Below are positions 35,332 through 48,441 of a DNA stretch of 64,000 nucleotides, piece after piece. Each line of letters starts with the position of its first letter. Position 1 is the first letter of the stretch. A program made the position numbers and the translations under genes. The notes under the pieces are model-generated. The model saw only the letters and a list, made by a program, of their open reading frames with translations, was not told the origin of the DNA and did no database searches. The DNA lies in NCBI RefSeq assembly GCF_902459465.1, contig NC_047067.1, positions 5,704,001 through 5,768,000 on the forward strand, written 5' to 3'. This DNA is from Asterias rubens. Its lineage: Eukaryota.

Positions 35332-38300
35332 ATGGCAGACGACACGAGCGGCTTGCCTACTCCGGACACCGATGAAAAATTGATGAAAATCGAGGCAAAA
35401 TCAGCTGTCCGTGAGGTTAAATTTGCCGTTGACTATGTGGACATTTCAGAGAAGCTGGACAATACTGATGAACAAGCTTACCTCAACGTAAAGACGAAGG
35501 AAGGCGATATGTTTTGCGTGGAACTCACGTTGCAAGGTTTTCGGGTGAGTCGAAATTTCTACGCTGTCACACGTACTTGTGCACGGCGGCAGACTTTTAT
35601 TTAGGAATGTTGGTACGGACACGGCATGGTTTGATGTACGGTGCACGCTGCTAGTTGCAACTCAGAGCGCAGAGAGGCTAAGGGCAAACAAAAAGTGACT
35701 CATAAGAAAACCACATGTTGGAATGTGCATGAATGGTGAAGCATGGGTGAAGAGCCCTCGAGGCAACTCATTTCGTTTACCCTACACAAGTTGAAGTCGA
35801 CCTTACTAAAAAAAAATTAATTAGCATGATTTAGGCTTTTCACTTGCAGACGATCAGTTTCAGTTTGACTAATGATTTTCTCTTTAGTTGAGGCCCCCTA
35901 AATAAAATGATATTATTAATATTACATTTTCTATTAATAAGTGACATGAAAAGACCTTGGAACGACCTCTCTTTTTTAATTTACAGAGTGTTTCTCAGAA
36001 CCAAATGAGGAAGGAAAATCACATAATATTATTTAATGGTTACAATTGCATTCTGAAATGTCAACAAACTAGTTGATTCTGTGTGGAAATATTTAATGTT
36101 AAAAAAATTGTATACACCCAGATCAGCCTTTTTTATATAGAAATACCCATGTTTACCATAGTATAAGTAGGATAAATATTTGCAAATTCATTTTCTAGTA
36201 AAAAGGAAAGACAGCAGTTTTCTTTCCGGTACGTCCTGAGGAATTTATTTATTTTGTTTATATCAATCATTCCAATTCATGGCAGGCATGCAACTTTTCC
36301 TCGGATCAGCTGATTTCCTCTTTTTTTCCTTTTTTCTTTGTTTTAATTACCATTCAAAATTGAAAAATACTATATACAAAGTCATTGAAATTTTGTAGTT
36401 TAATCTGTTTTGATTAAGTTACAGTTGCATGCCTGTCATGGATCAAAATGTTAACGGATGGGCTGTTGGATAGTCAACGTAGGGCCATCTTGTTATCTGC
36501 TGTTTTAAAATAAAGGAAAAAAAGTAAAATAAATAGTTAATTGCCCGACATTTCAACCCTAGCAGAGTCTTTCTTGGAGGCTAAATGGCAACACAACAAA
36601 CATGGACAGGTAATAAGCAGTGAAGTGGATCATACAAAAGATAGATATTTTTTAGCATGGGAACATTTCCTGAAAGACCTTGGTAAAACGATCAAGCATG
36701 ACACTCAACACAATAATCATAGCTGTGACTTCCAGGGTTGTGGGAACCCTATACTCTTAAATTCAACAATTGATCATCTATTTTTATATTAGAAATGGTT
36801 TCAAAGGCAACTACACAATAGATCACCTCTTTTGTCATCAGTCCTCTGCTACATGTAGGCCTACGTTTGTACATCAGTCAGGAGCAACAGACAATGGCTT
36901 TATTTTTCTTACTTGGTTGTGAGGGTTTGGGGGTTTTGTGTTTTTATTTTATTTTGTTTTATTTGCTCATCATTTGCTCTTTACTAATTACCTCATAAAA
37001 CACCAATGGATAATGCTGACTGATATCACTCAACGGTTGCTATGAATGGCTTTGTGAACTAAGACTGTAATTGCTGTATGCACTTTTTTATCTTGCTGTA
37101 ATGAGCACATGTCAAGTTTGTCTGACAGTAATCTGGGGCTTGTATGCCATTCTTGACAAATAATGACTGCAACACATGCAGAGTAGAATTTGTTGTATAA
37201 TTTATTTAACACAAAACAAGGTCAGACTACACTACACACACACTCCTACTAAACAAACATACCGTTAACCAAACTTGCCCAAGCCATTTGTGTGTAAATA
37301 TGGTACTGTGATGTGGCTTAAATCTTAACTAAATTTGATGTGTATGAGTTTTCTCAAAATTTGAGAATACAAATGCTGAGATAATAGGTCTAACTTGTCA
37401 ATTCAGGCTGGTAGGGACAATCAATGCACATTTTTGTAAAAAGCACACATTTTTTTTCAAATTGTCAGTATCTCTTAAATCTTTACCAACAAAAATCGTA
37501 CAAAAATTGTAAAAACACAGTTTTTGTCTGCAGCTTGCGCTTTAGAAGAACGCTTCCCCTGGTAAAAGCATTCTGTGTTCTGTAATGGAGGTATGCCTCA
37601 TGCCTGGTTGTTGTCAGATGAGTAGTTGAGACAGGTAAGGCCCTCGGCTCATACCAAGTGCATCATCAAAATACCAGAATGTGCACTCAATTTTCTTTAA
37701 TAATTCAGTTAGTAAGTTCAGGGTTTTCTTACTATTTTGTTGCGTTGGGTTTTTTTTTTGAGGGGGAGGGGGGTAATTGGGGTATTAGTTGTGGCGGATG
37801 TGTATATATTTTTATTTGTTGGGGTGTGTAAAAGTGGTGTTTTTTTTGTGGTTTTTTTTATATAAAGGATCTTAGCCTTAAATTCCATTGATACAAATCT
37901 TCAAAACTTTTTCTTCACCAGTTGGTGGACTCATTAAATACACTGTCACTAGTTACTTTGGCATACTGTACAGCCAAACACCTTAAAAGGCCAAACTGAC
38001 TGACAATATGATGGTTTTCTACACACATTCTGCAGGATCTTGATGAACTTGTTGTCATATGCAGGAATAAATGTAAATGTTAATTTATTTCTCAATCTCT
38101 GAGATTGTGTATAATTCTAACATGCCTGGATTTGTGGAATATATCCTCCTTGTTAGAAATGTAGCTTCAATTAGTACTGCAATTGAGCTTACAGTGGTGT
38201 ACTCCAGGTTGTGCACGTTTCCCCATTCCATACTCAAGTGCTTGCGTTGGAAGTTCAAATTGTTTGGCTTCTCCTTGCCAAACACTTCAGCCAGACCCTG

Positions 38301-41129
38301 GCAGTGAATAAAATGGGAGTCACGATCAAATTTGATTTGTGTTTGCTTGCCCTTGAGCCTTGACAGTTTGAGTTTTGTAAATGAAATGTGGTCAACGCTC
38401 TACACATTCTGTACAGTGTTTGTAGCTCTTTGAAAACTGTTTCCGCTTGGAACCACAAATGTGAAATTCTTGTGAAGGAAAATGCTGTGGTGTTTCCATA
38501 CATCAATACTGTGAAATTTGACTTTAAAGACAGCGGACACTATTGGTAATTGTCAAAGATTAGTCTTCACAGTTGGTGTATCTCAACAAATGCATAAAAT
38601 AATAAACCTGTGAAAAATTTAGCTCAATTGGTCGTCGAAGATGCAAGATAATAATAAAGGAAAAAACACCCTTGTCACACGAAGTTGTGTGCTTTCTGAT
38701 GCTTGAGCTCAAGGAGTTTTCAAAGACAATTTCTGACTGTGTGATAAAGGCCCGATCCTAAGGCGAGGGCTTTTAGCGCACGGCAACGACCCTGCAAGGT
38801 TTTATGGACGTTTAAGAACGAGTCACTACTCTTTTATTCTTATTCATAAATGCCCTTTTGTTAAAAAACAGTTAAAAAATACAATTACAGATACTTTGAC
38901 AGTTAAAAACTCGAGGTTTGAAAAAGGGTTGATTTTTTTTTTTTACTTTGTGAAGAGTCTGCTGCGCATGGGTTTTATGTATGCGCGCGCGCTTAAAAAT
39001 AGATTATGCGCGCGCGCTTACTGAAGTAGGTTACGTATAGCTGTTACGTATAGCTATGAATTGCGTTCCGCGTGATCATCTAGTGCGCCTGACACGTGCA
39101 AGCCAGCCGGTTATAAACACTGGTCATTATCAACCGTTTAAACACCCCCTACCATTAGGAGTAGAGAAACTATCTGGGGTATTTATGAATGTAATATTAT
39201 TTATTCTGAATGGCCCCTTAGGGTTTTTATTGCATTTAAATTGACTAGCCCCCCCCCCGACCCAACCCAACCCCAGGCAAATTTGTTTTTACCCCACATC
39301 CAAATATATTCTCTGTGTGACCCCCTGATACAAAACTGCACAAAAAGGCCATGACCTGAAGTAGTCCAGTATCCATCGTACAGTATGACAACTATTTTTA
39401 AAATGATATTGCCTGGGCATGTTACACCCTGGCATATGCTGATGACTGGTTGATAGCGTTTAGGTCTAGCCTGCCCTGACTGTTCCATAGCAGAAATATT
39501 TGCCACCTAAGCTGTCAACTGTTATATTTTATTAGAATAAAACGTGTCAGGTGATAGACTCCCTGCTTCTGCTTCGGTAGTTGCTAGACCACAGAGACAA
39601 GCGAGTATAAAGTTACTGAATTTGAAACTCAGATGAGCAGTCTCGGTTCAAAAATACAAAGGGCATTACCTCTATGTCCCTGATCCAGACATGGACACCC
39701 GTAGTACGTTTCCTTGCAAGACATTCTGGAATAACACATGGGCCTATGTTGCCCTGGTCTTGGTTTTGGTGCCCTTTGAAATCTTTCCTAAAATATTAGA
39801 GACTTTAAGATTTTCGCAATGGAAGTGGTATATTGCCTTCTCAAAGATGAAGTATAAAATTCCAGTCCTAAACAGTGTCTGTATGACAATTATCTTGCAT
39901 CAGTGTTGTGCTAGTCAGTGCAATTCCATATATAGTATGTGCTCCTTTTGTTGTTTGATTAGATTCAGTTTTTGTGCATAATTTAATTGACAATTGTATA
40001 ACCTTTCCATTTTGTGCACATATGACTGAATGTCATTATTAAAGACTACTAAACAATTCTCAAAATATATTACACTAAATACTAACACTTTTCCTGTTTG
40101 TGCACATTATTTGTTCATACACTGTGCAAAAAATGATGTTTACTCCAAGTAGAAAACCCATCCAGACAGTTTTAACTCCCCAAATGTATTGCATTTGGTC
40201 AACACATTCCAGTAAATTACACATGCATTCTGTTGATAGTCATATTTTGTGTTCGAATAATTTTCCAGTCTAATCGGTTCTCCAGGCTGTGTTATGCATG
40301 CTGAGTTTGACCATGGAGTCCAGTGAATAATATTATTCATAGAGGCTTCCATGGTTCATCAAATCAAGCTGTTCATTAATTAGAGACACTCTGCAGACAT
40401 TGTCACCAACATGCCTGAATAATTAATCATCTTAGTTTATTACTTCAAAACCTTGGGGACATTTTGTTGTCTGGTGGAAAGTCATACATTAATACAATGT
40501 TAATGTTATTACCTTTAATTTTAAAGGCACTGGACACTATTGGTAATTACTTAATATAATAACTTTTAGCATAAAAACTTACTTGGTAACGAGCAATGGA
40601 GAGCTGCTGATAATATAAAAAATTGTTAGAAACACCTCCCTCTGAAGTAATGTATTTTTTTAGAAAGCAGTAATTTCTCACTCAAATATTAAAAGACTGA
40701 ATCCTTTTTAGGCATGACTGGGATTCGAACCCACGCCCTGATGACTTAACCACCAGAACTTGAAATGTTATGACACCCTATAAAATTATTAATGGTTCAA
40801 TCAATAAACTTTCTCCTTGGGCTACATTGCTACGTGTGCCGCTACAACATCAATTTTCCCAATATTGGCTTGAATATTTCTATCACAGATTTATAAAGAA
40901 AAAACACTGGTTTCCTTTTCCTCAGATTGTTGGCTCCACATATGATTCCGTCCAAGATGCGGACAAGACGTTGCCGTATTATGAGACAATCTATGCCCTC
41001 CTGGACAAGCACAGCCCCCAGTACAGACTCACATTCGGAGAGGCTCTAGCCGACAAACTTCAACTCCTCCAGAACGAACAGAAGGATGTCGAGGAGGAAA
41101 GTTGTGCCGATGTTAACAGAACTAACTGA
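35332..41129 (+). CDS. GSKIP: GSK3-beta interaction protein (DUF727), 138 aa, 2 exons
   Basis: Exons 35332-35544 (donor gtgagt) and 40926-41129 (acceptor ttttcctcag), phase 0. Motifs EAKSAVREVKFAV, YLNVKTKEG..FCVELTLQGFRIVG and YETIYALLDKHSPQYRLTFGEALADKL are typical of GSKIP. Confidence 0.93.
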
Positions 41130-41888
41130 GGAATGTCATTCACTCTCAAGAGTTCTTGTGGAGAGGAACCTTGACATCTTCTTTGGCATTGCCTTGTACA
41201 ACTGCTTGCCTTTCGAAACTTTGCCACATTTTGCCTAGGATCAACTGTTGGACAATGTACTACGTCATCAAAGCCCTTCTGATGTGATAGTTATACAGCA
41301 TCACAAATTTTGTTTGGCCTTGCCTTGTACCAATACCTTTCAAAATTTGTCTGTAAATGAAATATAAGTTTTTATAATTTGATTGTAGAGATGCTCATAC
41401 TCGGAGCAGTCTACTGTTCTTAGAACTGACACACTTAGTTACATGTACCTGTCCATGTTTGTTGTGTTGTCATTTAGCCTTCGAGAAAGAGTCTGCTAGG
41501 GCCAAAAATGCAGGCAGTTAACTATTTTTGACATAAAAGTGAGACATGGAAACAGTGCATTGGAGACAATGCTCACTTTCAGTTAAAACACTGATCTGTT
41601 TTTCCGGACTAAACTTGCAAATCACCAAAAAGTCTTTCCTACAGGGAACACACACAGCTCCCATAATAAAATGAATCTAAATGCCATAAAGTCCCCTCCT
41701 TGCTCGTTTCCCAACAGGCATTTCTTACATCGTGTCACCCAAGCCCAGAAGCAATCAGAAAACTGATGCAAATTAAAATACCCATGAGATCTTTCGGTCA
41801 CAGGAAAAACAAGTCCACAGGCTAGGGCCATAGCTCTCTGCATAATGTCAAAACGCTGTTTGAATGCACTATAGTTAAAGGGACTCTA

Positions 41889-42059
41889 GGGTGGATTTCA
41901 CAAAGGTAGTCTTAACTTAGGACTTGTCCTAGGCAATGCTAAGAGATAGGACCAGTCCTAAGTTAGGATGAGTTACTGGTCCTAACTTAGGACCAGTCCT
42001 ATCTCTTAGCATTGCCTAGGACTAGTCCTAAGTTAGGACTACCTTTGTGAAATCCACCC
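41889..42059. mobile_element. Second copy of the 171-bp palindromic MITE, nested in the end of a family A MITE (diverged relatives near 24474-24590 and 32836-32987)
   Basis: Differs from the 53460 copy at 3 positions by my comparison. Confidence 0.88.
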
Positions 42060-45000
42060 AAGGACACTTGGTAATACTCAAAATAATTGTTAGAGAAAAA
42101 AAACTAACATCTGAAAGCACACAGATTTATGCACCAAAGGTGTTTTTCTTTCATTATTCTCTTGCAACTTCGATGACCAATGGAGTCCAAAATTGCACAG
42201 GTTTGTTATTTTATGCATATTATGTTGGGATACGCCCAGTGAGAATACTGGTCTTTGACAATTACCAAAAGTGTCCACAGTGGCTTGAAAGGGGGATAGA
42301 TCAGCGGTTTGGGCCGAGTGTTAGTTCTCATCATGAGAACGAACACTCGCGTCATATTGGTTTAAACAAACTCACCAATCTTTGAAAGTATTATCAATTT
42401 TGGTGGTCCCGTTTCAGTGAAAGCACCAGAATAACCAGGGGAGTAAGAGTGAAAATTCTATGCATTATCCGATATGGCTTCATTCACTCGTTTCATTCAT
42501 TTATTATTCTTCATCATGATATAAAAACATGAAATTCCATATCCTGTTTTTTTTTAATAAGACATCACTTGTTTCGCATGAGGAAGTCAAGCTAGGCAAT
42601 GGTGACTTTTGACTACAGTCAAAATTCAGTTGTTATTTTCCCAACTTTACAAGGATTTCAGAAAGAGTAACATGTACTGCTTTTGAGGATTTTGTAATTT
42701 TTGTCCTTTAAGGTATGTTTATGATATCCAGTCTTTCATGACTAAGTGCTGGATTTAATTTGTTAATTTAGCTGCATCTTAATTACATGTTTAGGGTAAA
42801 TGATTAAGGTTTTGTATTCAACTTGAATTTATATAGCTGTTGATTTATGCGTGTTTGCTATGAAATATGTCTTACAATGTTTTATGTTGCTTAGTCAATA
42901 CAAGTATGAAACTGTTGGGGGAAAAGTCACGTAGGATGTTCATTTGCAACATTATTTGGTGTAAGGTTGATGACTGGTGTCTTACTTGTAATTGTTAAGC
43001 AAGTAAACAAAGCAATGTTTAATAAATTGTGTTTGTACATAGTTAAGTATTACATGCTTTCATTCTCAAAAAACTCTGCTTACATCTGAAATATTTTTTT
43101 ATACTTCACACTGCTACTTTGTTTTTGTTTTCAGCTACCCAAATTATGGATAAACGTGTATATTATCAATGCAGTCCAGAAGATAAACAGCTGAAATTAA
43201 TTTTTCTCATCTTAAAAATGTGTTCATCTATTTAAAAGGTCGCATTTTGTTGAAGTTTAAATGTTGTGGAAATCAATTTAACAGAATATTGTGAAAGGTA
43301 CTATCTCTGTTAATTACGCAGAAAGTACTAAATTTAAAGAAACATAGACATGGAGGTTTGGTCTTTTAGAGTTGACAGAATTTGAAAAATATTATTTTAC
43401 TGATTGCACAGACACACTCATTGGTTACACAATACTTTTGCTGTGTCCATTTTATGAAAAACCACTGATATAACAGTTATTTCAGAGTCATTTATGTATC
43501 AGTTAACAATCGCTGTGCCAATACTGAATAAAAAGTGCTTGAGTTTGTCGAATCTAAGATCTGCAAAGAGTTACCCCAATATTTATTTGTTGATCGTTTT
43601 GTGCATCTTCTAATTGTAAACAAAAATGTACACAAAGTTGTGGCTTTGCACTTTCCCAGTAATAACTGGGGCTTTGTACTCATTTTAACAATTTTGACAT
43701 TTGCATCTAGTACTGCAAATGTCAAAATTGTTAAAAATGAGTACAGCGTCCCGGTTACTTGGTCTAGCTGTTTACCTGAACATGACTGTAGTTTTCATTG
43801 AATATGTCAGTCATTACCTGTTTTCTGTCTGGAATTCCCAGGGTCTTTGGCGATATTTTTATATCCACGGTGCCTCTTGAGATAGCTTTATTTGTTTATA
43901 AATAGCTTCCCGTGTGTGACGCACGGGCAGAATATCGGTCTTTAGTCGTGGATTTGTGGATGAGACCCACTGAGAATCACTGCTCTTTTGCTCCCAAAAT
44001 TCACACGAGAGCAATTTAGCAAGTATCCCCTGATAAATTTTAGCACGGTTGAAAATTTGCACAAAAATGTACATTGTGTGAAATTTCAACATGGTTGTTT
44101 ATATGAGAATTTGGCCCAAGTAGGCCTACAAATACTTTTATCCTTTCACATGAGTTACAACTGTGCTACAATTTAGCATGGGACCCTTAAATTGATCTTG
44201 TATGAACGGAGCAATTTACAATATCGGTTCTGTTTTGAAGATGAATGGCGTACTTTTGTTTGGCAATTTAGTTTTGGCAAGTAATATTATAGACAAGTTT
44301 CTTCACTTGTCTCGTCAGATATGCTGGTTTTGTGTTTATTCTGGAGTTTACATTGAAGGAGAAATACGGAAATAAATATAATTCTCTGTGAACATCTATA
44401 GCAGCTGTATTTTTGTATTATGATGTCGTTGCATGTACCATAGAGGTCCTTTCTCTATGCATGTACTAATGTAAACAAAAAACAAATGAGGTTGAAAAAA
44501 ACCCACCTTAAAGGCATATTGTTGGATGTAGTATAAAACAAATGGGATTGGGAAAAAAACAATACACAGTGAGGGCTTATATGCCTTTCCAACGACAATT
44601 GTGTTTCATAATAAATTGTGTTTCTGTTTCAATTTGGCAGCTATATATAGCGCTTTCGTTAATCCATGATTCTGCAAGCTTCTCTGTACTGATTCCGAAG
44701 GAGCTGTAAGCGTGACACTCGTTTTTAAAGTTAACGCACGTTTTTTAATCAAACATCCAGGATCTAGTCGATTGTCGACAATTGTCACGAGTCAGTTCCA
44801 CAAGTTGACGTGCGTTGATTACAAATCTTACATGTGAAATACAGTTTGTAGCATAACCATGCCAACGAACCAAAGCTAAACACCCGCGTGACCGGGCTCG
44901 CTGAATCTTCAGTGGAGGAAATATTGCTCAAGCCCCGGCAGGCTGTATCTCAGTTCTGGAGCGGCTATAGAAACGTCTTCGGGCTAGAAACGTCTTCGGG

Positions 45001-46377
45001 AAATGTCTTCGCAAGGGCCGGCGCAAAAGTCCTTACCTACAAATTGTGCACGATCAAGTACAAGCTACAATCGTAAAAACATTGTGAAATATTATTGTGA
45101 AGTGTTTGCAAATTATTATGGTTGTTTGTTCAGTCTTTATTCCTCCATGGTTCAGTCTGATATTTTATCTCAACTAAGATTTTTTTTTTTTACAAATTTA
45201 AAAGAAATTGGCGATAGTGGACACACAACAATTGATTAGAAAGCAATTATTAAAGCCTGTATAAGTCACGCATGATAAAGCAAAACCGTTACAATTTACA
45301 AGCGATTTCATTATAAGTATTAGAGAGCGGGTTGATCAGTTATCATTGTTCGTATTTGATCAAAAGAGGGCGCTAACAGCTTTCGGGGTTTGGTCAATGA
45401 TTTTTTGAAACTGAACACAAAATTTATGTCGTTGGGACGCAGCGCCCTCCGTTGAAGAAATTAATACTTTCGCAAACACGACGGTCGAAACTGTAGGGGG
45501 CGGGGATAAAATACTCGAACCCAGAGGCCTTCCACCTTGTCGTTTCAATATCAAAGGAATATGAGGACTTTTTCATGAAAACAAAGGCTCCAACTACCAA
45601 ACCATAACCTTTGTTCACTCAACTGAGTTGAGTTTTTAACCTCCCCAATCCCGTTAGATTACTTTTTATAAATACATCAAAAACAGCAACAAGACTAACA
45701 AATTGTCCCTCTCAAAACTCGGTTTAGTTACAACTTTACAATGAAGGACAGTAAAACCGGATACATCATAAACATTATTCTTCCGTTCACTTGAAATCCA
45801 ATGCTCTCTTGAAACTGTTCGCTTGTTCATACACCCTTTGAAATTGAACAAAGATTCGTTCAAATAAAAGGCAGTAAAGTTAGACCTGCCACGAAGGCTG
45901 TGTTAACTGTCTCAGTATTCGCCCGTTGTATTTATGCGGTTCGAGTGTGTAAGGAACATAAACACTTTACGTCGGTCAGCAAATAGCTAAATGAATATCA
46001 AATATTTACACGAGTCGTAAACCGATAGTTGCTGCTTTTAGAGCAAGCATTAGCCACTTTATGGCTTTTAAACTGGAGTATACTTTAAAGAATGGCGTAC
46101 CGTACCTATCCTATTAAAGCGAAACCATTTCTCAATATCGAATATGAAGCTCTGTATATTATTATGTTCATGTATTCGCAATAGTTTTTAAAAGAATCGG
46201 TGGTGTATGATACAGCACGCTGGTTCGAATTCGATCAGTGATCAGATTGTCTATATCAAAACATTTTGAGCCTTTTTTTTCATCAGAACCACCCAACTCA
46301 TAACGAGATATTGTTTTCGTGTAACGGTCTTACCGAAAAACCTTGCTAGATTGTTACTCCGCGCGTGCAAATTCTTT

Positions 46378-46747
46378 TTAAAGAAACTGGACACTCTTTG
46401 GTAATTGTCAAAGACCAGTCTTCTCACTTGGTGTATCTCAACATATGCATAAAATAACAAAAGTTTAGCTCTATTGGTCATCGGAGTTGCGATTATGAAG
46501 AAAACACCATTGTCACACGAAGTTGTGCGCTTTCAGGTGCTTGATTTCGAGACCTCAAATTCTAAATCTGAGGTCTCGAAATCAAATTCGTGGAAAATTA
46601 CTTCTTTCTCGAAAACTGCGTCACTTCAGAGGGGGCCGTTTCTCACAATGTTTTATACTATCAACCTCTCCCCGTCACTCGTTACCAAGTGAGGTTTTAT
46701 GCTAATAATTATCTTGAGTAATTACAAATAGTGTCCACTGCCTTTAA
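46378..46747 (+). mobile_element. MITE family A copy
   Basis: TTAA-bounded with both TIRs. Confidence 0.9.
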
Positions 46748-48441
46748 GGAGGTGTACCTTTGGTTTTGGAACCGTTTTATTGTTTAAGCATATTAAATAT
46801 TAACTAACCTGTTAAAACTTAAACTCCAAACGTGGTCGCGTTTATGAGATAACGCCGAAAATATGGAGCGTGCAAAAATGTATGTCAACGCAGGAAGAAT
46901 AATCCGTTATTTGAATACACAATCTGAGAGAGACATACTTCACGCGTCTAAAATATATTTCTATAACCACCTTACTTCGAATTGTAATCTTTCTCAAAAT
47001 GTTGTATACATTCGAAAGCTGTTGTACTTTTAACCAAATGAGTTTCTGTATTGCCATAAACTTTAGGGGTGATTTCCAAAATGTTTATTAACAAGGAAAA
47101 CGTTTACTCCCTGAAAGATGGTTCACGATTGTATTCGTTTACTTTCTCTTGTCGAATATTAGAAAGAAATCAGAGTTTTCAAAAGGCTAATGCGAATTTT
47201 AATGAGAAGTTCATTGTTTACTAGCCTTCCTTTCAATGAATAATATTGTTTTAAAAACATTTTCATGTGGACAAACTGACCATTAAAAAAAAAAAATTAT
47301 AAGGTCAAGAAATAATAATTGAGCTAATCTTTGTCCCGCTGTCATGCGACTGATCAATTTAAACGTATTGGTAAAGTGTTAATAATTACTTTTGGTGGAG
47401 TTAAAAAGTACCGTCACACGAAATAACGGACCTATAAGACTTCGAATATTGTGATTCAATTTATTTTGAACGCCATATTGGCGTTCATTTTTATTTACAC
47501 ACCAATAGTAAAATAATATCAAAACAATGTCATAATTTTGAAAAATTAATGTTCAAAACCAAACCAAATCTGCGTGTATGTTCACTGTGTGTGCACATGT
47601 TTATTTTGCATCATAAATCGTGTGTGTGCTTCGTACTTTATGCATTTGCGTTATCAACTCCATTTCCTCAATTGTGTAGTCTTGACTAAGCCTATGAATA
47701 GAAAATCATATTTTGAGGAAATTTGCGATAATTTTAGATTAAAGTTTGTGCTCATGGTGAGTTTCACACCTAAGCTTAGCATGATGAAGTTTATCTCAAA
47801 TAATAATACGTGCATCTAATTAGACACGCATCTTTAAAAGTCGGGCTTAAGTGATAACAATTTGATTGCGTTCGAGATTAAATAAAGCGCTATCCATTCT
47901 AAATTTTGTGAAGCTGAATTCAATTTAGGGGGGTTTAGGCAAACTTTATGTGAGTCAAAAAAATGTGAGTCAAAGTGGTCTGGTGCCGTTTAAGGTCCTG
48001 TTTATACCATGTTAAATGGACTGGATACTTGACCTTGGTTGTATGCGTAGGCATGTTATCCTTCAACTATGAAACTTAAGACGTTTAGAGACAGAAATTT
48101 GTTTGTCTCGAGTGTAAAATAAAAATTACCCATTTTCAAAAGTGGTTGATTTAGAAATTCATTTAGAATGACAAAAATTAACTGTTTAAAATAAAATAAG
48201 TAGGTCTAACAGTAAAAAACACTCAACAAAACCTAACAAAACTTTTTTATTTTTTATGAATGAACATAATCCAGTTTCCAAAAGTGTTTGAATTAGAATT
48301 TTTTTCAAAAAAGAGAGAGTTTAAAACAAGACAAGTAACAGTGTGTAGGATTTGAAACAAGTAACAGTGTATTTCAAAAAGTGAAAACAAATATTTTTAA
48401 AAAATGTACAAACTCCTTCTCAATTCGAAGTCTTTGGAAAT

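Noticed and set aside
43000-48400. Short ORFs in the AT-rich intergenic stretch
   Set aside because: No splice-consistent or recognisable coding signal; the region appears to be repeat fragments.
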